64,000 nucleotides of DNA from Eledone cirrhosa (Eukaryota), in NCBI GenBank assembly GCA_964016885.1, contig OZ024740.1, positions 211,172,001 to 211,236,000 of the forward strand, in the 5' to 3' direction. The notes under the pieces were generated by a model. That model made no database searches and was not told the DNA's origin. It worked only from the letters and a program-made list of their open reading frames with translations. The position numbers and the translations under genes are program-made. Positions 38,276-51,054 of the stretch are shown here, in pieces (position 1 is the first letter of the stretch; each line of letters starts with the position of its first letter).

Positions 38276-39223
38276 TATATATATATATATATATATTAAC
38301 AAATCAAGCATTCATCATCATCTTCGTTTAATGGGTACCTTCCACGCTACCATGGGTTGTAATTCTTAAATGTTTTTAAGCTAAATTTAGAATGGGAGTG
38401 GGGGTAGTGGTGAAAATTGTAACTAAAGATTTTTCATAATTTTTCTAAGAAAAATTCTCCAGTTTGGAAATATGGAGGAATTTTATTAATATTTTCAATT
38501 CTAAATATTAAACTCACAAATTCTTGATTATAAAAATGAAATCTTGAGTGTTAATTAAATGTAATCATCATTCATCATCATCATTTCCATTCAACATCAA
38601 TTTTTCCACGCTTGCATGGGTTAGACGGGTCATCAACGCCGGGAGGCAAATCTGGCCAGGGTTGGCTATGCGTTGTACCTTGCTCCGGCGAGGAATGTAA
38701 AATTGGCTGGGTATTTTATACATGGATACCCTTCCTAACACCAATCACATTTATAGTGTGGAACTGGATGACTCCATTATGAAGAGGGAGAGGAATTGTT
38801 TGTTTTTTTTTTAATAAGAGGAGAGCGCAGATGACTGAATCCATAGGTTACCAAAAACCAAACCATGAATGTAACAACATTGTATGTATGTTTAAGACAT
38901 TTCTCAACTGTAAATTCATTTGCAGTACCATCCTTTGGGGTCTTCTCCATCCTGGGGGCTAGAACTTCAGGATGGACAAAACATGGAGACTGACCCTTAA
39001 GTTACATTTATGGTGGTAGCATGTGAAAGGAATTGTTATTATTAATATTAGTCTTATTTTTACTGCATATTATATATATAAAAATGATATATATATTATC
39101 TTTACTGGATCAATGAAATAACATACCAGTTACACACTGAGGTCGATTTAATCGACTTTTCCCACTCCCAAAATTGTTGGACTTGTGCCTATATCAGAAA
39201 CTATTAGTTATTAACTGTGCTAA

Positions 39224-39530
39224 GGGCAGTGGATTGACAGTATCAGTAGAGCAGTGGACAAGATGCTTTGCAGCATATAGTTATAGTCCTTTATGTTATG
39301 AGTTCAAAATGAAGCCAAGGTTAACTTTGCCTTTCATTCTTTCAGGGGTCAATTTTATCAACTCGCTGATCTCCATCAAGCAATGTTATGCACTCTATCA
39401 AGCAATGTTATTCCAAAGACATTTTGGAGGACCCCCATAAAAGTCCATAACTAAATACTGTAACACTGGAGTCAATTTAATCAACTTTCCTCTCCCCCCA
39501 AATTGTTGGTCTTGTGCCTAAATCAGAAAT
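39224..39530 (+). mobile_element. Degenerate tRNA-derived Nin/Deu-domain SINE (plus partial copy ~39100-39200)
   Basis: GAGTTCAAA B box followed by AACTTTGCCTTTCATTCTTTCAGGGGTC. Confidence 0.7.
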
Positions 39531-40204
39531 CAAGTATTCTGATACTCTAATGACTCTGCCAATCCACCTGATCTAATACTCTATCAAAGAGTACTAAATA
39601 ATCACTCTTCATTCTGTTGAACTATTCCATTGATCTAAATTCAGAGAAGCATGGATGTTGGTCAAAAGGTCATGTATGTGTGAGTTTTTAACAGCAAACT
39701 ATTACTTTGCCATAGGGTTTCTTGTAGGATTTAAGGATAGGAAAAATGAGATTTGAAGAGCATACATAAATTACATTATAGCAAGAGAGATATTACACAG
39801 AAACAGTCTCCCCAAAGACTTATATATGTCAACACTGTTTGTATTAGCCAGGATAGTTATGTTATTTATGTGTTCTGAAATTCCCTATATACCTTCCATT
39901 AAGCTATTATGATATATTTTTGTCACACCCATTCAATCGTGGTTTCCTTTGATCAATCAATACATATTTAAGATGCTAAGGATGAATAAAATCCTAAATC
40001 AACAAGGAGTTGATGTTTTGTTTTATATTTTTAAATCTCTTAGACAAGAGATTTAGCTGGTTGGCATGTTGTCACAGCTGTTGCTAAGGGTGAAGGAAAC
40101 TGGCTTGTGCAAGATGTTACTGGAGACACAAGTGAGAAAATTAATGTTGGAGATCAATAGAGGATAAACTATTTCAAAGATTACATATATTTATGGGGGA
40201 TGAG

Positions 40205-40358
40205 GGGTCCCGGGTTCAATAAGGGGTAACCGCAGTTAGTAAGGTACTCAATACATTAGTAGAGTGTAAATATCATGTTTGATATAGAAATGGCTTCTAC
40301 AGGATTAGAACTGATGATTTCTTTTGAATGAAACAGTTACAGTCCTGTAGAAGCCATT
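40205..40358. mobile_element. PLE-like element: minus-oriented pLTR end fused to a plus-oriented hammerhead core
   Basis: Homologous to 2040-2145. CTGATGA-tttcttttgaat-GAAA-CAG..CTG-TA-GAAGCC lies at 40311-40355, and perfect 16-bp arms lie at 40289-40304 and 40343-40358. Confidence 0.7.
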
Positions 40359-40596
40359 ATATATATATATATATCATATTAAATATGATATATATATATA
40401 TATAAAGAGAAAGAGAGAGAGAGAGAGAGAGTATTAAATAAATGGAAGGCCATATACAGTTGTATTAAGGTTTATTTTTTTCTCCATGATTTATATTTCA
40501 CTGAGGTCTTCAGCTAGATAGTTTTCCACATTCCCTGGTTGGTTAACCCTATATTATATATATATGTGTGTGTGTGTGTGTGTGAACACACACACA

Positions 40597-40787
40597 CGAG
40601 GGTAAGCTGAAATGTTCATAGGCTGTCTATGAAGGATTGATGCTAGAGCTGCGAAATTTTGCATACATTAATTCCAACTCTTCTTATTAATAACTGCATT
40701 GTTTCTTTCCTGGGACTATGTTGAAAAATAAACCTCATTTGGCCATTCCATGAGAGTATCTCGGTCAGCCTATAAACTTTTCAGCCT
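40597..40787. mobile_element. Degenerate mariner-type MITE
   Basis: CGAGGGTAAGCTGAAATGTTCATAGGCTG versus TCAGCCTATAAACTTTTCAGCCT inverted ends; the right end is eroded. Confidence 0.6.
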
Positions 40788-41014
40788 ATGACTTTTTCAA
40801 AACAAAAAAAAATAATAATAAAGAAAAAACCTCAGCAAATAACAAAGATTGGAAAAGTCATGACAAAATGGATGTTTTAGGCACAGTACGCATGGTCCTG
40901 TAACTGGTGGAGCCCATTCCCCCCCCCCCCCAGGTCTGAATACAGCAGATTTATTCGAGAGAAGGATAGAGAGAGTGAGAGAATGGAAGTAAGAAAGAGA
41001 TATAGGGGAAAAAT

Positions 41015-41281
41015 TAACCCCAGTATTAGACTGGTACTTTATTTATCAACCTTGAATGGATGAAAGGCAAAGTTGACCTCGACGGGAATTGAACTCCAAA
41101 AGCAGAGAACTGGAACAAATACCACAAAGTATTCCACCCAACATTCTAACAACTCTGCCAATAAGCCACCTTAATACTACACAGCATTCTATCCAATGTT
41201 CTAATGACTCTGCCAATAAGCCACCTTAATACTACACAGCATTCTATCCAATGTTCTAATGACTCTGCCAATTCGCTGCCT
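41015..41281 (-). mobile_element. Nin/Deu-domain SINE with tandemly duplicated head
   Basis: GGATGAAAGGCAAAGTTGACCTCG..GAACTC; the head segment is repeated at ~41150-41270. Confidence 0.72.
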
Positions 41282-41639
41282 TTAGGCACAGGGTAGAAAA
41301 CTTCAAAACTATTGTGATTGTCTGGTTGCCAACATCTTTAATTGAAACATCGTTCAGTCAACAATGGCTACACATTATAGAGTATAAGGGTGGAAACAAA
41401 TCTTGTTTTGATTTACAAAAGTCTTAACTCCTTTATTCATTCTTAGTAGACAGTCTATTTCAATATATTACTTCCGCCATAATGACAAAATGAAATAGAA
41501 ATGTAAGACCAAAAAAAAGAAGAGGCAACAAAAATGGATAGTCATTGAGGAGGTCACAGATTGGGGTGATGAAAGAGCTTTGACAGAAGAATAAAGATAA
41601 AGTGAAAGCTATATAGTGCGTATATTCAATTGGCAAAAT

Positions 41640-43540
41640 GACCATCCCCAAATATAACAATAGTTTTTTTTAAATTGTTTGTCAGAGTAGAGTACTGCCA
41701 ATGCCCTCATCTTAGTGAGACAATTACAAGATAACTTTCTAGCTAAATGTGAGCCATTATATTTAGAAAGACTTTGACAGAGAACCCCAATCTTTTGTCT
41801 GGTTGTCTTTAAAAAGAACTAGGTGAAGATGAGTGGCTTGTGAGAAAGATGTAAGCCATGTACAAAGGAGCTGTCAGCAAAGTGAGAAGGATTTATTTCC
41901 AGGCCAAGCTTTGTAAACATCCATCTTTGCTTGGATGGCATCTTTGACTTCTTGATTGAAACAAGGGGTCCTCCTGCCACACCTTATCTACAACATTTAA
42001 TAGCTAAAACAGAAACTGCTGAGCTGAATAATCTCCACTCTGTTTTAATGTCCCCAGTTTGCACAGTGAGTTCTCTGAATTTGGATGTAATACTATCCGC
42101 ACACCCGGTCTTGACCTCCTAATCAAACAGTGCTTCCCACTTTATCTAGTCGGTCAAGCTGAACCTGACAATTTTATGAGTTTTCTTAGCTTTTGGTAAT
42201 CTCAGGTCACAGATAACTACATGATGATCAGTTGACAGCTTGGCCCCTCTCTTAAAAAAGAACAGCTAGCACAAAATCAAAGACATCAGAGACACTAACA
42301 AAATCAATTATTGATCTCTGTCCCTGATTCCCATTATACCCTGTGTATATATGGATGCCTTTATGCTGGAAGAAGGTGTCCATAATACAAAGCCCATTAC
42401 TAGAGCAGAAGTCTAATAAAGCTTCTCCATTTGTATTTTGATTGGGATCACCATTCCTTCCAATCATTCATTTCTACGCCAAGTGGTCAATGCTAACATG
42501 TGCATTGAAGTCTCCCATTAAGATATATGACTCAGTCTTAACTACATCTAACTCTGCAGTGACTTCATCAAGGAAGGATCTGCATGCCAGGAGGCTTGGA
42601 TCTTTGGAAATTCACCTAAGTAATGGCAATCAGGAGTGATAATTTTAATTTTCAAAAAGGAAGACAAGAGGAATTGTTCTAATTGTGGAGGGGTCTCCTT
42701 CTTAAGCCTCCTCTTTAAATTCCATGCTAAGTGTCTGGCAAAGTGATGTAGAGAGATTATCAAGTCCAAGCTAGCTGATCAGTGTGATTTTCTCCCTGGA
42801 CACAGCATACTGTGGCAGGTCTTTGAGAAATCATGAGAGTATTTCCAAGAGGAGTATGCTTGTTTTCTAGATCTTAAAAAGGCATCTGACCACATTCCAT
42901 GGTACCTGTTGAGGAAGATTCTGCAGAAATATGCAATTAATGGACAGTTTCTGGTCCTAAAGTCTCTATACGAATGCTCTAGTATTTGTGTTCAGATAAA
43001 TAGTGGTAATTCAAAACCATTCAATGTGAGTGCCAGACTCCACCAAGGTTGTGAATTGTCACCTCTTCTGTTCATAATCTTCATAAACAGGGTTGACAAG
43101 CTCAACCAAGTTGGAAATGGTGTCAAGATTGGTGGTTGTAGGATCAGTTGACTGGAATTTGCAGGTGACATGGAACTACTTAACTTGTCGGAAGGTGATC
43201 TCCGACATGCACATGATCAGTTTGCTGCTGAGTGCTGTGCGGCAAGAATGAAAATCAGTGCTATGAAGAGTGAGGCACTTATCCTCTCAAAGAGCCTACA
43301 TAGGTCATTTACTTTGTACACCAATTTTTTGCTGTTGTTTTCATTCTTCAATTTGATATGGCATAAAAGGCAGACTATCTTAAAAAGAACTGTTCTTTTT
43401 TTTATTAAATTGAGCATATGATCCATAGTGGTGGGTGGATATATCGATGTACCAAGATTGTGGCCCCTAGTAAACTGGGAAGAAGTAATCAGGGATGATC
43501 TGAAAACCTGGACCAAAACCTATCCCTGGAACAAACACTT
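41640..43540. mobile_element. Old RTE LINE with inverted 5' part (APE/linker on minus, RT on plus)
   Basis: Minus 42130-42600: NGEALLDFC..DTFFQHK..RSIIDF..TDH. Plus 42600-43300: LHQGCELSPLLF and a FAGD remnant. Confidence 0.72.
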
Positions 43541-43857
43541 CAGAGTGATGCTTTGAAAGAAGCTGCCAAAACATCCAATACTTGTGACAAGTAAAGATGA
43601 TATTAAACCAGATGATGAGGAGGAGAAGGATCTTCTCTATAGACACAAGCCACAGATACAGAGTGGCTGAGAAATAAGATTGAATAAAGTCGATGCCTTT
43701 TTCAAAAGTAATGTCTATGTGATTGAAACAAAATAGTTTCATTCATGAATCAGAATCCCACTGCCAAATTAATACACCAGGAGATTACTTCTACTGCACC
43801 ATGTGTAAGAATAACTTCTACTGCACAATATGTAAGAATAACTTCTACTGCACCATG

Positions 43858-44101
43858 TGTGGTTAGAAAAAGCTATCTCACTTATCGCTTTTCATAGGCG
43901 CCGCTCAATACCATTGCTGGTTTCTCCTCTTCTACGTGTGTCCAACTGGGAGCTGCCAAAACTCGCGTCCACACCGTTCCTGGTCACCACTAGAGAGAGG
44001 CCGATCTGCTGGCCCTTCCAGTCGAGCACCCTTCCGGTCAAGCACTCTTCCAGACGAGCACTCCCCAGCTTCCAGCCACCGCACGCCACACCATACTCAC
44101 A
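43858..44101 (-). repeat. 3' LTR (TG...CA)
   Basis: 244 bp; minus strand TGTGAG...ACCACA, preceded by the PPT. Confidence 0.9.
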
Positions 44102-44129
44102 CGCCCCCCCCCCCCCTGATCTCAAGGAT

Positions 44130-46880
44130 CAATTCCCCCTCGTCCTTCTGCATATGAAAGTCTGCTGTCCAGGTTGGTGGTTTGCGACTTCTTTGCGATC
44201 TCTGCATGTTGGGGCGGCACTTTGGGTTTCCTCTTCCTCGGAGTCCGTTGACACAGTGATTCTATGGACATCCAGGACATGACGTGGTACTCCGTCCACG
44301 GACACATTGTTCTGGGAATTTATGGCCGTCACCGTTCCCCTTCCCCATTGAGATGTGACACGTGCATCTGGGGGCTTAACCCAGACTTCTTCGCCCACCT
44401 GCACGAATGCACTCTCTCTTCCCACTGGCTGTTGTGGTGGCGTGCATGGTTGCCACCACTCATATCTGAATACTGCTGTGTGGCACCGATTCCTCGACCT
44501 GTCCCACCCGAGAAGACATGTTGTACCAGAACACTGTCTCCATTGGTGAGATATGGCCCCGCTCCGCCATTGCCTTGATCGTCCGGTGGTGTCGCTCCAC
44601 AATTCCATTCCCGCTCGGCCTGTGCGCTGCTCTGAAGAAACGGTCCACCTTCCATCCATCGAGCATCTCCCTCAGCGCCTCCGAGCAGAACGCTGCGCTA
44701 TTGTCCATCAGCAGTTCATCCACAGGGCCCCGCTCCAAGAACACCTCTCTCAACGTCCACATGATTTCCTCGGCCGTTCCAGTCTTCATCTTCCTCCATA
44801 TCGCCATCCGTCCTGGTCCACAGTCGACCATCGAGAGGTACGTTCCCTGTCGGTAGTGCGTTACGTGCACCGCCAATCGCTTCCAGCCGCAATCCACCAG
44901 GAGGCTTCCCGTTTCGTGCACACCCGGGGCGGGATCAATGGACTGACATCGGACGCAACCTCTAACCACCCTTTGAACACTGTGTCTGTTAACGTCTGAG
45001 TCGCTTCTCCTGGCTAGGAACAGGCTCCTATCCACTCCCATGTGGTGCATGTCATACAACCCTTTCAGATCCGACTCGGTCAGCCGACACACGGCAGCTA
45101 TCTCATCTTCTACCTCCTCCGGCGCTTCCATCCAGGCATTCTTCACCCTAGTTAAGACGTCCTCCCTATTTTTCTCTGAGGGCACGAAAACTACGCTCAG
45201 CCTCAAGTCGAACTCGGTAGCCAGATCTCCTAAAGTTCCCAGGCGGTGCTTTATCAGCATCTCCGCCGCCCCTCTCGTTGGCACTCTCTTCTCACTGGTG
45301 AGCACTGATCTCACTCATCCGAGTACAGTAGCCGAGTCGGTGCGTATCTCGATGGTGCGCAGTCCCCACCTCAGGGCGAATTTCACTCATCTCAACACTG
45401 CGTCCAGTTCGGCCACATTGATGTGGTTGCAGTCATCCTTCTTCCTAAGCCAGGCTGCATCCTCGACCTCAACACCTATCTCCAACGTGACACCCAGCGC
45501 TATGCTGCTGACATCGCACCATACGGTCACGCTCTGCGATTTGGGAACATACCAGCGTCCCCGCACTAGGTCATCGGCCTTCACCCTCCCCACGATCTCC
45601 TGCATCATGGCCACTGTCCTCTCTACCACTCTGCCACTCCAAGTCACCCCTCCCGCTCGTCTCTTGACATAGCTGCATGCCGTCCGGAGCCACCCAGCAA
45701 TCAGGTAGTGACCCACCAACTTTCCACACACCGAGAAAAGCTCCCGCCTACTCATACTTGGGCCCAGTTCTGGAACTTCATTTCCCCTCTGGAATACCAA
45801 GACGCTCGTCCTGTCTCGCCGTAGCCTAAGTCCCAGCGCGGCTCCTCCCTCCAACGCTTCTGACGGCTTCGCAGCCAGTCCATACCTCTGTAAATGGCTT
45901 GTGACCTCCGCCACCGACACCACAGACTCGTCCACTAGGATGTCGTCAATGTAGGAGTTAGTGGCTCTCTTCATCTTGTCGGCCTTTCCCAGAATGGTCT
46001 TATACCTGACCAGCTGATACTGCTAGAGTTTCTCATCTATATGCAATTGCAAGTATACCGACTTTAGATCTACGATTGCTGAACCCCCCGTCATGCGTCT
46101 CCATTCATGCAGGGTTTCCCCACAGACATCCGTGACCTCGCCACCCATGTGGCATGACACGTGCTCGTTCAGCTCCCGAAAGTCCAGCACCGGCCTCACC
46201 TTGTTCTTCGTGGGTTGCGCCACCGCCATTAATGGCAATACTCTGCACTTCACCTCCTCTTTCCAGGGAAGCAGTATGCCCTCCTCAATCCATCTCTCTA
46301 CCTCTCGCTCGAACTCGCTCCTAATGTTTCCCTTCAATGTGTGTTGATAGCAGCCCACTTTGGTCTTCAGTGTTGGTGGTTCTCCCTTCCAGTACCACTC
46401 AACAACCCATCGAACACGGCCTTGAAGTCTTTGTCCTGCACAGTGTAAGCGGGGTATTTCTCCTCGTGGGCCTTCTGGTTCTCCTGTCACGTACTCACAG
46501 CGCATACCGATGCGGCGCTGCCAAAAGACACACCGACGTTGTTCACTGTGACACCTCCTAGACGGCCAATTGCGTCCATGCCCATAACCACGCCAATCCC
46601 ATCCACCACGTTGTCAACTACGATGGCAGAAAGCCTTATTTTCCTTCCCCGTACCGCTATCTCCACCTCGCTGCGATCTCGGCATTCAATTTTCCTGCCG
46701 TCGACTGCCCTTACGCTGCTCTTCCCTCTCCACCTCTGCTCCACCTCCGCGGTCACCAGTGTTATTGTACAGCCCGTATCCACGAGGGCTTGCTGTGGCT
46801 TTCCCCTCACGAAGACTTCCACCACGGGCAGCGCCTCTACTCGTAAGGGGCAACTACCGGCACAGTAGTTCCCCTTGGAT
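44130..46880 (-). pseudogene. Gypsy pol (protease, RT, RNase H, integrase), disrupted
   Basis: LVDTGC; RPVLDFRELN, IVDLKS, YIDD; WCDVSS..ELDA..TDS; HHMG..CVRC, MDNS, GIVERHHRTIK. Confidence 0.88.
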
Positions 46881-46884
46881 CGTT

Positions 46885-47570
46885 TCCCTGGTCACAGTTA
46901 GTAGCGATGTGGCCTGATCACTTACACCGGTAGCATATTATTTCCGGCCTTGACTCTCTACAGTCTCTAGCTATGTGCGGGCCCTGGCACCTAAAACAGC
47001 GACCTCTAAACGTTTGCGGGCAACCGCGTGCCGTGGTTGCCTCCCTTTCACCATTTCGCTGCCAGCTGTCTTGAGCCTCTGTATTTGCTATCGCTGCAAC
47101 ACTCTTCTTGGCATCTTCTGCTATGATCCGGGCTTGTTCCAGCAGTGAACGCATTTCCATTTCTTTGTAACCCGGGACTTGCTGCAGTTTCACCGCTATG
47201 TCGTCTGGAAATCTATTTATGAACGCCAACCGCACCGTGCATTCGCATTCCACCTGATATCCAGCCAACATGGCCAATCGCCGTATTTCCGCTGCGAAAA
47301 TGTCCATGCGTTCACCATTCCATCTAATTCTTGCCAGCTTAGCAAAAGCGGCTAACGGTCCCTCTGCGAACGCTTTCATCATGCGCATCTCTTTAGCTGT
47401 GTTCATCCAACTCAAGGAAGAGTACCAATGCGTCCCCCTCAAGGTACAGTGCCATGAGGCCAGCCACATCTTCTATCTTCTGTAAGCTTGCGACCAGCCG
47501 GACTTTTCGCAGCAAGCGACAACATCGGTAAATGCTCTAATCGCTTCACTCGTTCCTAGTCTCCTCGCCA
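46885..47570 (-). pseudogene. Gypsy gag, disrupted
   Basis: Zinc knuckles CFRCQGPHIARDC and CYRCK*SGHIATNC. Confidence 0.82.
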
Positions 47571-47715
47571 TATCCAAATTTTTCTTGCGGTACGTGATAA
47601 AAAAAAAAAAACAACAGACTCATCTCTGTTTTTCCAGTAGCTTTGTTTTCGAGAAAGTTTTTTTTTTTTTCTTTTTTTTTTTCAATCAATCTCAGTTTCC
47701 AGTGCCGAAATAGCT

Positions 47716-47981
47716 TGTGGTTAGAAAAAGCTATCTCACTTGCCCCTTTTCATAGGCGCCGCTAAATCCCATTGCTGGTTTCTCCTCTTCCACGTGTGTC
47801 CAACTCATTAACACCGGGAGCTGCCAAAACTCGCGTCCACACCATTCCTGGTCACCACTAGAGAGAGGCCGATCTGCTGGCGCTTCCGGTCGAGCACCCT
47901 TCTGGCCAAGCACCCTTCCGGTCAAGCACTCTTCCGTTCGAGCACTCCCCAGCTTTCGGCCACCGCATGCCACACCATACT
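47716..47981 (-). repeat. 5' LTR (outer terminus eroded)
   Basis: Homologous to 43858-44097 with substitutions and two short insertions. Confidence 0.88.
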
Positions 47982-48964
47982 GAGAATTACTTCTACTGCA
48001 CCATGTGTAAGAATATTTTATTAAAAGATGGTAGATTAAAATATTCAAAGCATCACATAAAATATCATAATTAGCTCTCAGAAAAAAAAAAATTATAAAC
48101 ATAAAATTCTATAAAACAAATTCTTAAATATGAAAGCAAAGAATTTCAAAGTTTTCATATACATTGTATTCTATTTATTAATTTCTTTATTTGTCAAATT
48201 AATATTTTTTTATGAAATATTAATTTCAATTGTCTTTAAGAAATAAAACAAAAAATATTTTACAAGAAATAATAATTTTTTTAAAAAGAATTTATTTCAG
48301 AAATTTTATATGAATTTACCAACGACAAACATCCAAAACGATATACAAATAAATGGCATTTGGTTGATTAGTCAAATCTCACTTACCGACATGCTACAAT
48401 CACTGGCAGCTCACAGATATGCTGTTTCTTTTCTTTGATTCTTCTATTACTATTATATTGGAATCTGGCCTACTTAATTAGCTAGCTACTTGCCCCCTTG
48501 ATGATGATGATGACGATGATGTTGATAGTGGCAGGGATGACATTTAAGATACTTATATCAGTAGAAGTGGTGAAGAAGATGAAGATGTAGATGCACAGTG
48601 TTTTTAGTACTCACCAAATGATGATAAATTATGACAACATTCTACTCAGAAAAGAAAAGGATGTTAGTTTCAATAAAGTCTGCATCTGATAGTAAAAGAA
48701 GTAAAGTTTTACAGCTAGGAGCAACAAAAGATGACAAGAGGAATCCTTGCATTTCATATATTATGCAATATCTACAATACAGATATTAACAAATGAAAAA
48801 TACAGCCAGAAACCCTGTGGTTTGAACAATCAACAGACACTAAAGCCAGATAAAAGACGAGGAAGTAGGCATGGAAAAGGCTGAAACTTCTGTAGCAATT
48901 ATGTCGGAAGAATGTAGAAACTGTTAAAATAAATATTATAAACATTTATTTCATTAAGATTTGT

Positions 48965-49115
48965 TGCTATCGAGACCTCAGGCATACTTGGACCCTGAGA
49001 TTCTCCACAAGATCGAAATGTCAGCGGCCTGTCTGAGGAGGGAGCCATAGGTAGGGTGTCTGTTGCAGTGGTTGTCATTGGCCATTGTCAGCGGTAATGC
49101 TGTTGCGGTCTTGTC
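48965..49115 (+). pseudogene. Second CRE-type RLE-domain fragment
   Basis: AIETSGILGP...LLQWLSLAIVSGNAVAV, matching the end of the 37345-37703 domain. Confidence 0.6.
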
Positions 49116-49654
49116 CGTCGGGCATAGTCCCAACACTGCTGCACACAAGGCTTAGAGCCCATCACCCTCTTCCTTCCTTCTCCCATTTGGTCGATGATGG
49201 TGGTGATGATGATGGTGGTGGTGGTGGTGGTGGTGGTGGTGGTGATGTTGTTGTTGGTGGTGGTGGTGAGTTATATTTCAACCAGCTAGAACATGATGAT
49301 AATGATGATGATGATGATGATGGTGGTGATGGAGATGATGATGGTGATGGTGGTGGTGGTGGTGGTGGTGGTGGTGAGTTATATTTCAACCAGCTAGAAG
49401 ATGATGATGGTGGTGGTGGTAGTGGTGATGATGAGTGATATTTCAACCAGCTAGATCAAGAGTTCAAGTCCATCTGAGGTCAACTTTGATTTACATTCTT
49501 CTGGAGTCAATAATGTAAGTAACAGTAATACACAACTATTACTTCAATTATTTATACCCCTCCCTCTCTTAGAACTTGCCTTGAACTTCATGGAGAAATA
49601 GGATGATAAAAATAAATATAAAAAATAGGAGATATTGCAGGAAGTAAATGGTTT

Positions 49655-49855
49655 CTGATTTAGGCATAAGACCAATAATTTTGGGGAGGGCCAAGTTGAT
49701 TAAATCGATCCCAGTACATTACTGGTGCTTTATTTTATCGACCCTGTAAGGATGAAAGGCAAAGTTAACCTCGGAGGGATTTGAACACAGAACCTAAAGG
49801 ACCATAACATAAAGCATGGTGTCCAGTGCTCCACCAATTCTGCCAATCCACCACC
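49655..49855 (-). mobile_element. Nin/Deu-domain SINE
   Basis: ACTGGTGCTTTATTTTATCGACCCTGTAAGGATGAAAGGCAAAGTTAACCTCGG..GATTTGAAC. Confidence 0.8.
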
Positions 49856-49968
49856 CTGCAAGAAGTAAATGACTAAGAATTTCAAAGAAAAACATTTTTT
49901 TTTTTACCCAGAAAAAACAGAAGAATATGTAAGGGTGAAGTTTAAAAGAGAAAATACAATAAATTTAC

Positions 49969-50086
49969 CTTAGATTAAGCTTACAAGAATTCACTGTTAA
50001 ACGTTGGGAGAGCATTTCTTCAAGACGAATGAACAGGATATGTGGCACTGCATGATGTCTTCTTTTCAGACGGATAGTAAGGGTAA
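49969..50086 (-). other. Candidate host exon (118 bp)
   Basis: Acceptor TCTCTTTTATTCCTAG, donor AAG/GTAAAT, and one open frame (TLTIRLKRRHHAVPHILFIRLEEMLSQRLTVNSCKLNL). No recognised homology. Confidence 0.3.
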
Positions 50087-50246
50087 CTAGGAATAAAAGA
50101 GACCATACTAATGTTATTGTCTTTAGAGTCAATGGCTTCGATTTATAATGTAAAATAAATTAGAGACATTCGGGCTTTTGTTTAAAATATTAAATAATGT
50201 AAATAAAATGAAATCAATAGAAACAGGAATGAAAATTATATCATCA

Positions 50247-50575
50247 TCATCACCACCACCGCCGCCGCCGCCACCACCACCACCACCACCACCACCACCG
50301 TTTAACGACGTCCATTTTTCCACGCTAGCATGGTTTAGACGAGTTGTCCTGTTGTGAGAAATATCAGGTCAGGTGACCATGTCTTGCTCATACAGAACTA
50401 ATTTTGGCTAGGTTTCTACAGCTGGATGCCCTTCCTAATGCCAACCTCATTTACAGTGTGTACAGGGTGCTTTTTGTCGTGGCACCTACACAACCACTTT
50501 ACAGTGAGTACTGGATGCTTTTTGTCATGACACCATCACAACCACTTTACAGTGTGTACTGGGTGCTTTTTGTCG
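50247..50575 (-). mobile_element. Diverged RTE/RTEX-type 3' UTR fragment
   Basis: Homologous to 1-240, with three TTTACAGTG..GTGCTTTTTGTC units. Confidence 0.8.
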
Positions 50576-50754
50576 ATATGTGGATTATATTCCCTAGCAG
50601 CTTACATATACACGTTTACACTTTACATTATAGTAAGTCTATCAGGCTCAAAGCCGGCAATTTCAGGGAAGGGAAAGTTGTTTGTCTTGATCCCACTAGA
50701 GTTAGGGCCCTTTATAGTCCGAGTTCAAATCCCGCCGAGGTTAACTTTGGGTGA

Positions 50755-50960
50755 AAATATGCCAAAAAATCCCAGTGGAAGGAAGCTGTAGCAGAGGACA
50801 ACCAAGAAAGACTTGGCTAAAAGTTGGAAGAACTGATCACAAATCGCTAAGGCTGGCAGAGGAGATGACAAAGGACTGTGACAAATGGAGAGATGCCATG
50901 CTTAGAAGGACCCATCCAACCCATGCAAGCAAGGAAAAGTTGACGTAAAAACGATGATGA
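50755..50960 (+). mobile_element. RTE-type ORF end with short 3' tail
   Basis: VEGSCSRGQPRKTW..D..WR, then CCATGCAAGCAAGGAAAAGTTGACGTAAAAACGATGATGA. Confidence 0.7.
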
Positions 50961-51054
50961 GGATGATACTACATACATATAATGTACATACACACGTACA
51001 CATTTATTCATATACACATTCGTATTGTGATATATTAATTATAATAATAATTGT

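Larger units (their letters stand above)
43858..47981 (-). mobile_element. Ty3/Gypsy LTR retrotransposon, complete outline but decayed
   Basis: Two LTRs and a G-rich PPT (44102-44117). Order is gag-PR-RT-RH-INT, with multiple stops and frameshifts. Confidence 0.93.

Noticed and set aside
49085-49446. Gly/Asp-rich and Pro/Ser-rich ORFs
   Set aside because: They are (GGT)n/(GAT)n microsatellites with a triplicated ~23-bp spacer and no coding evidence.
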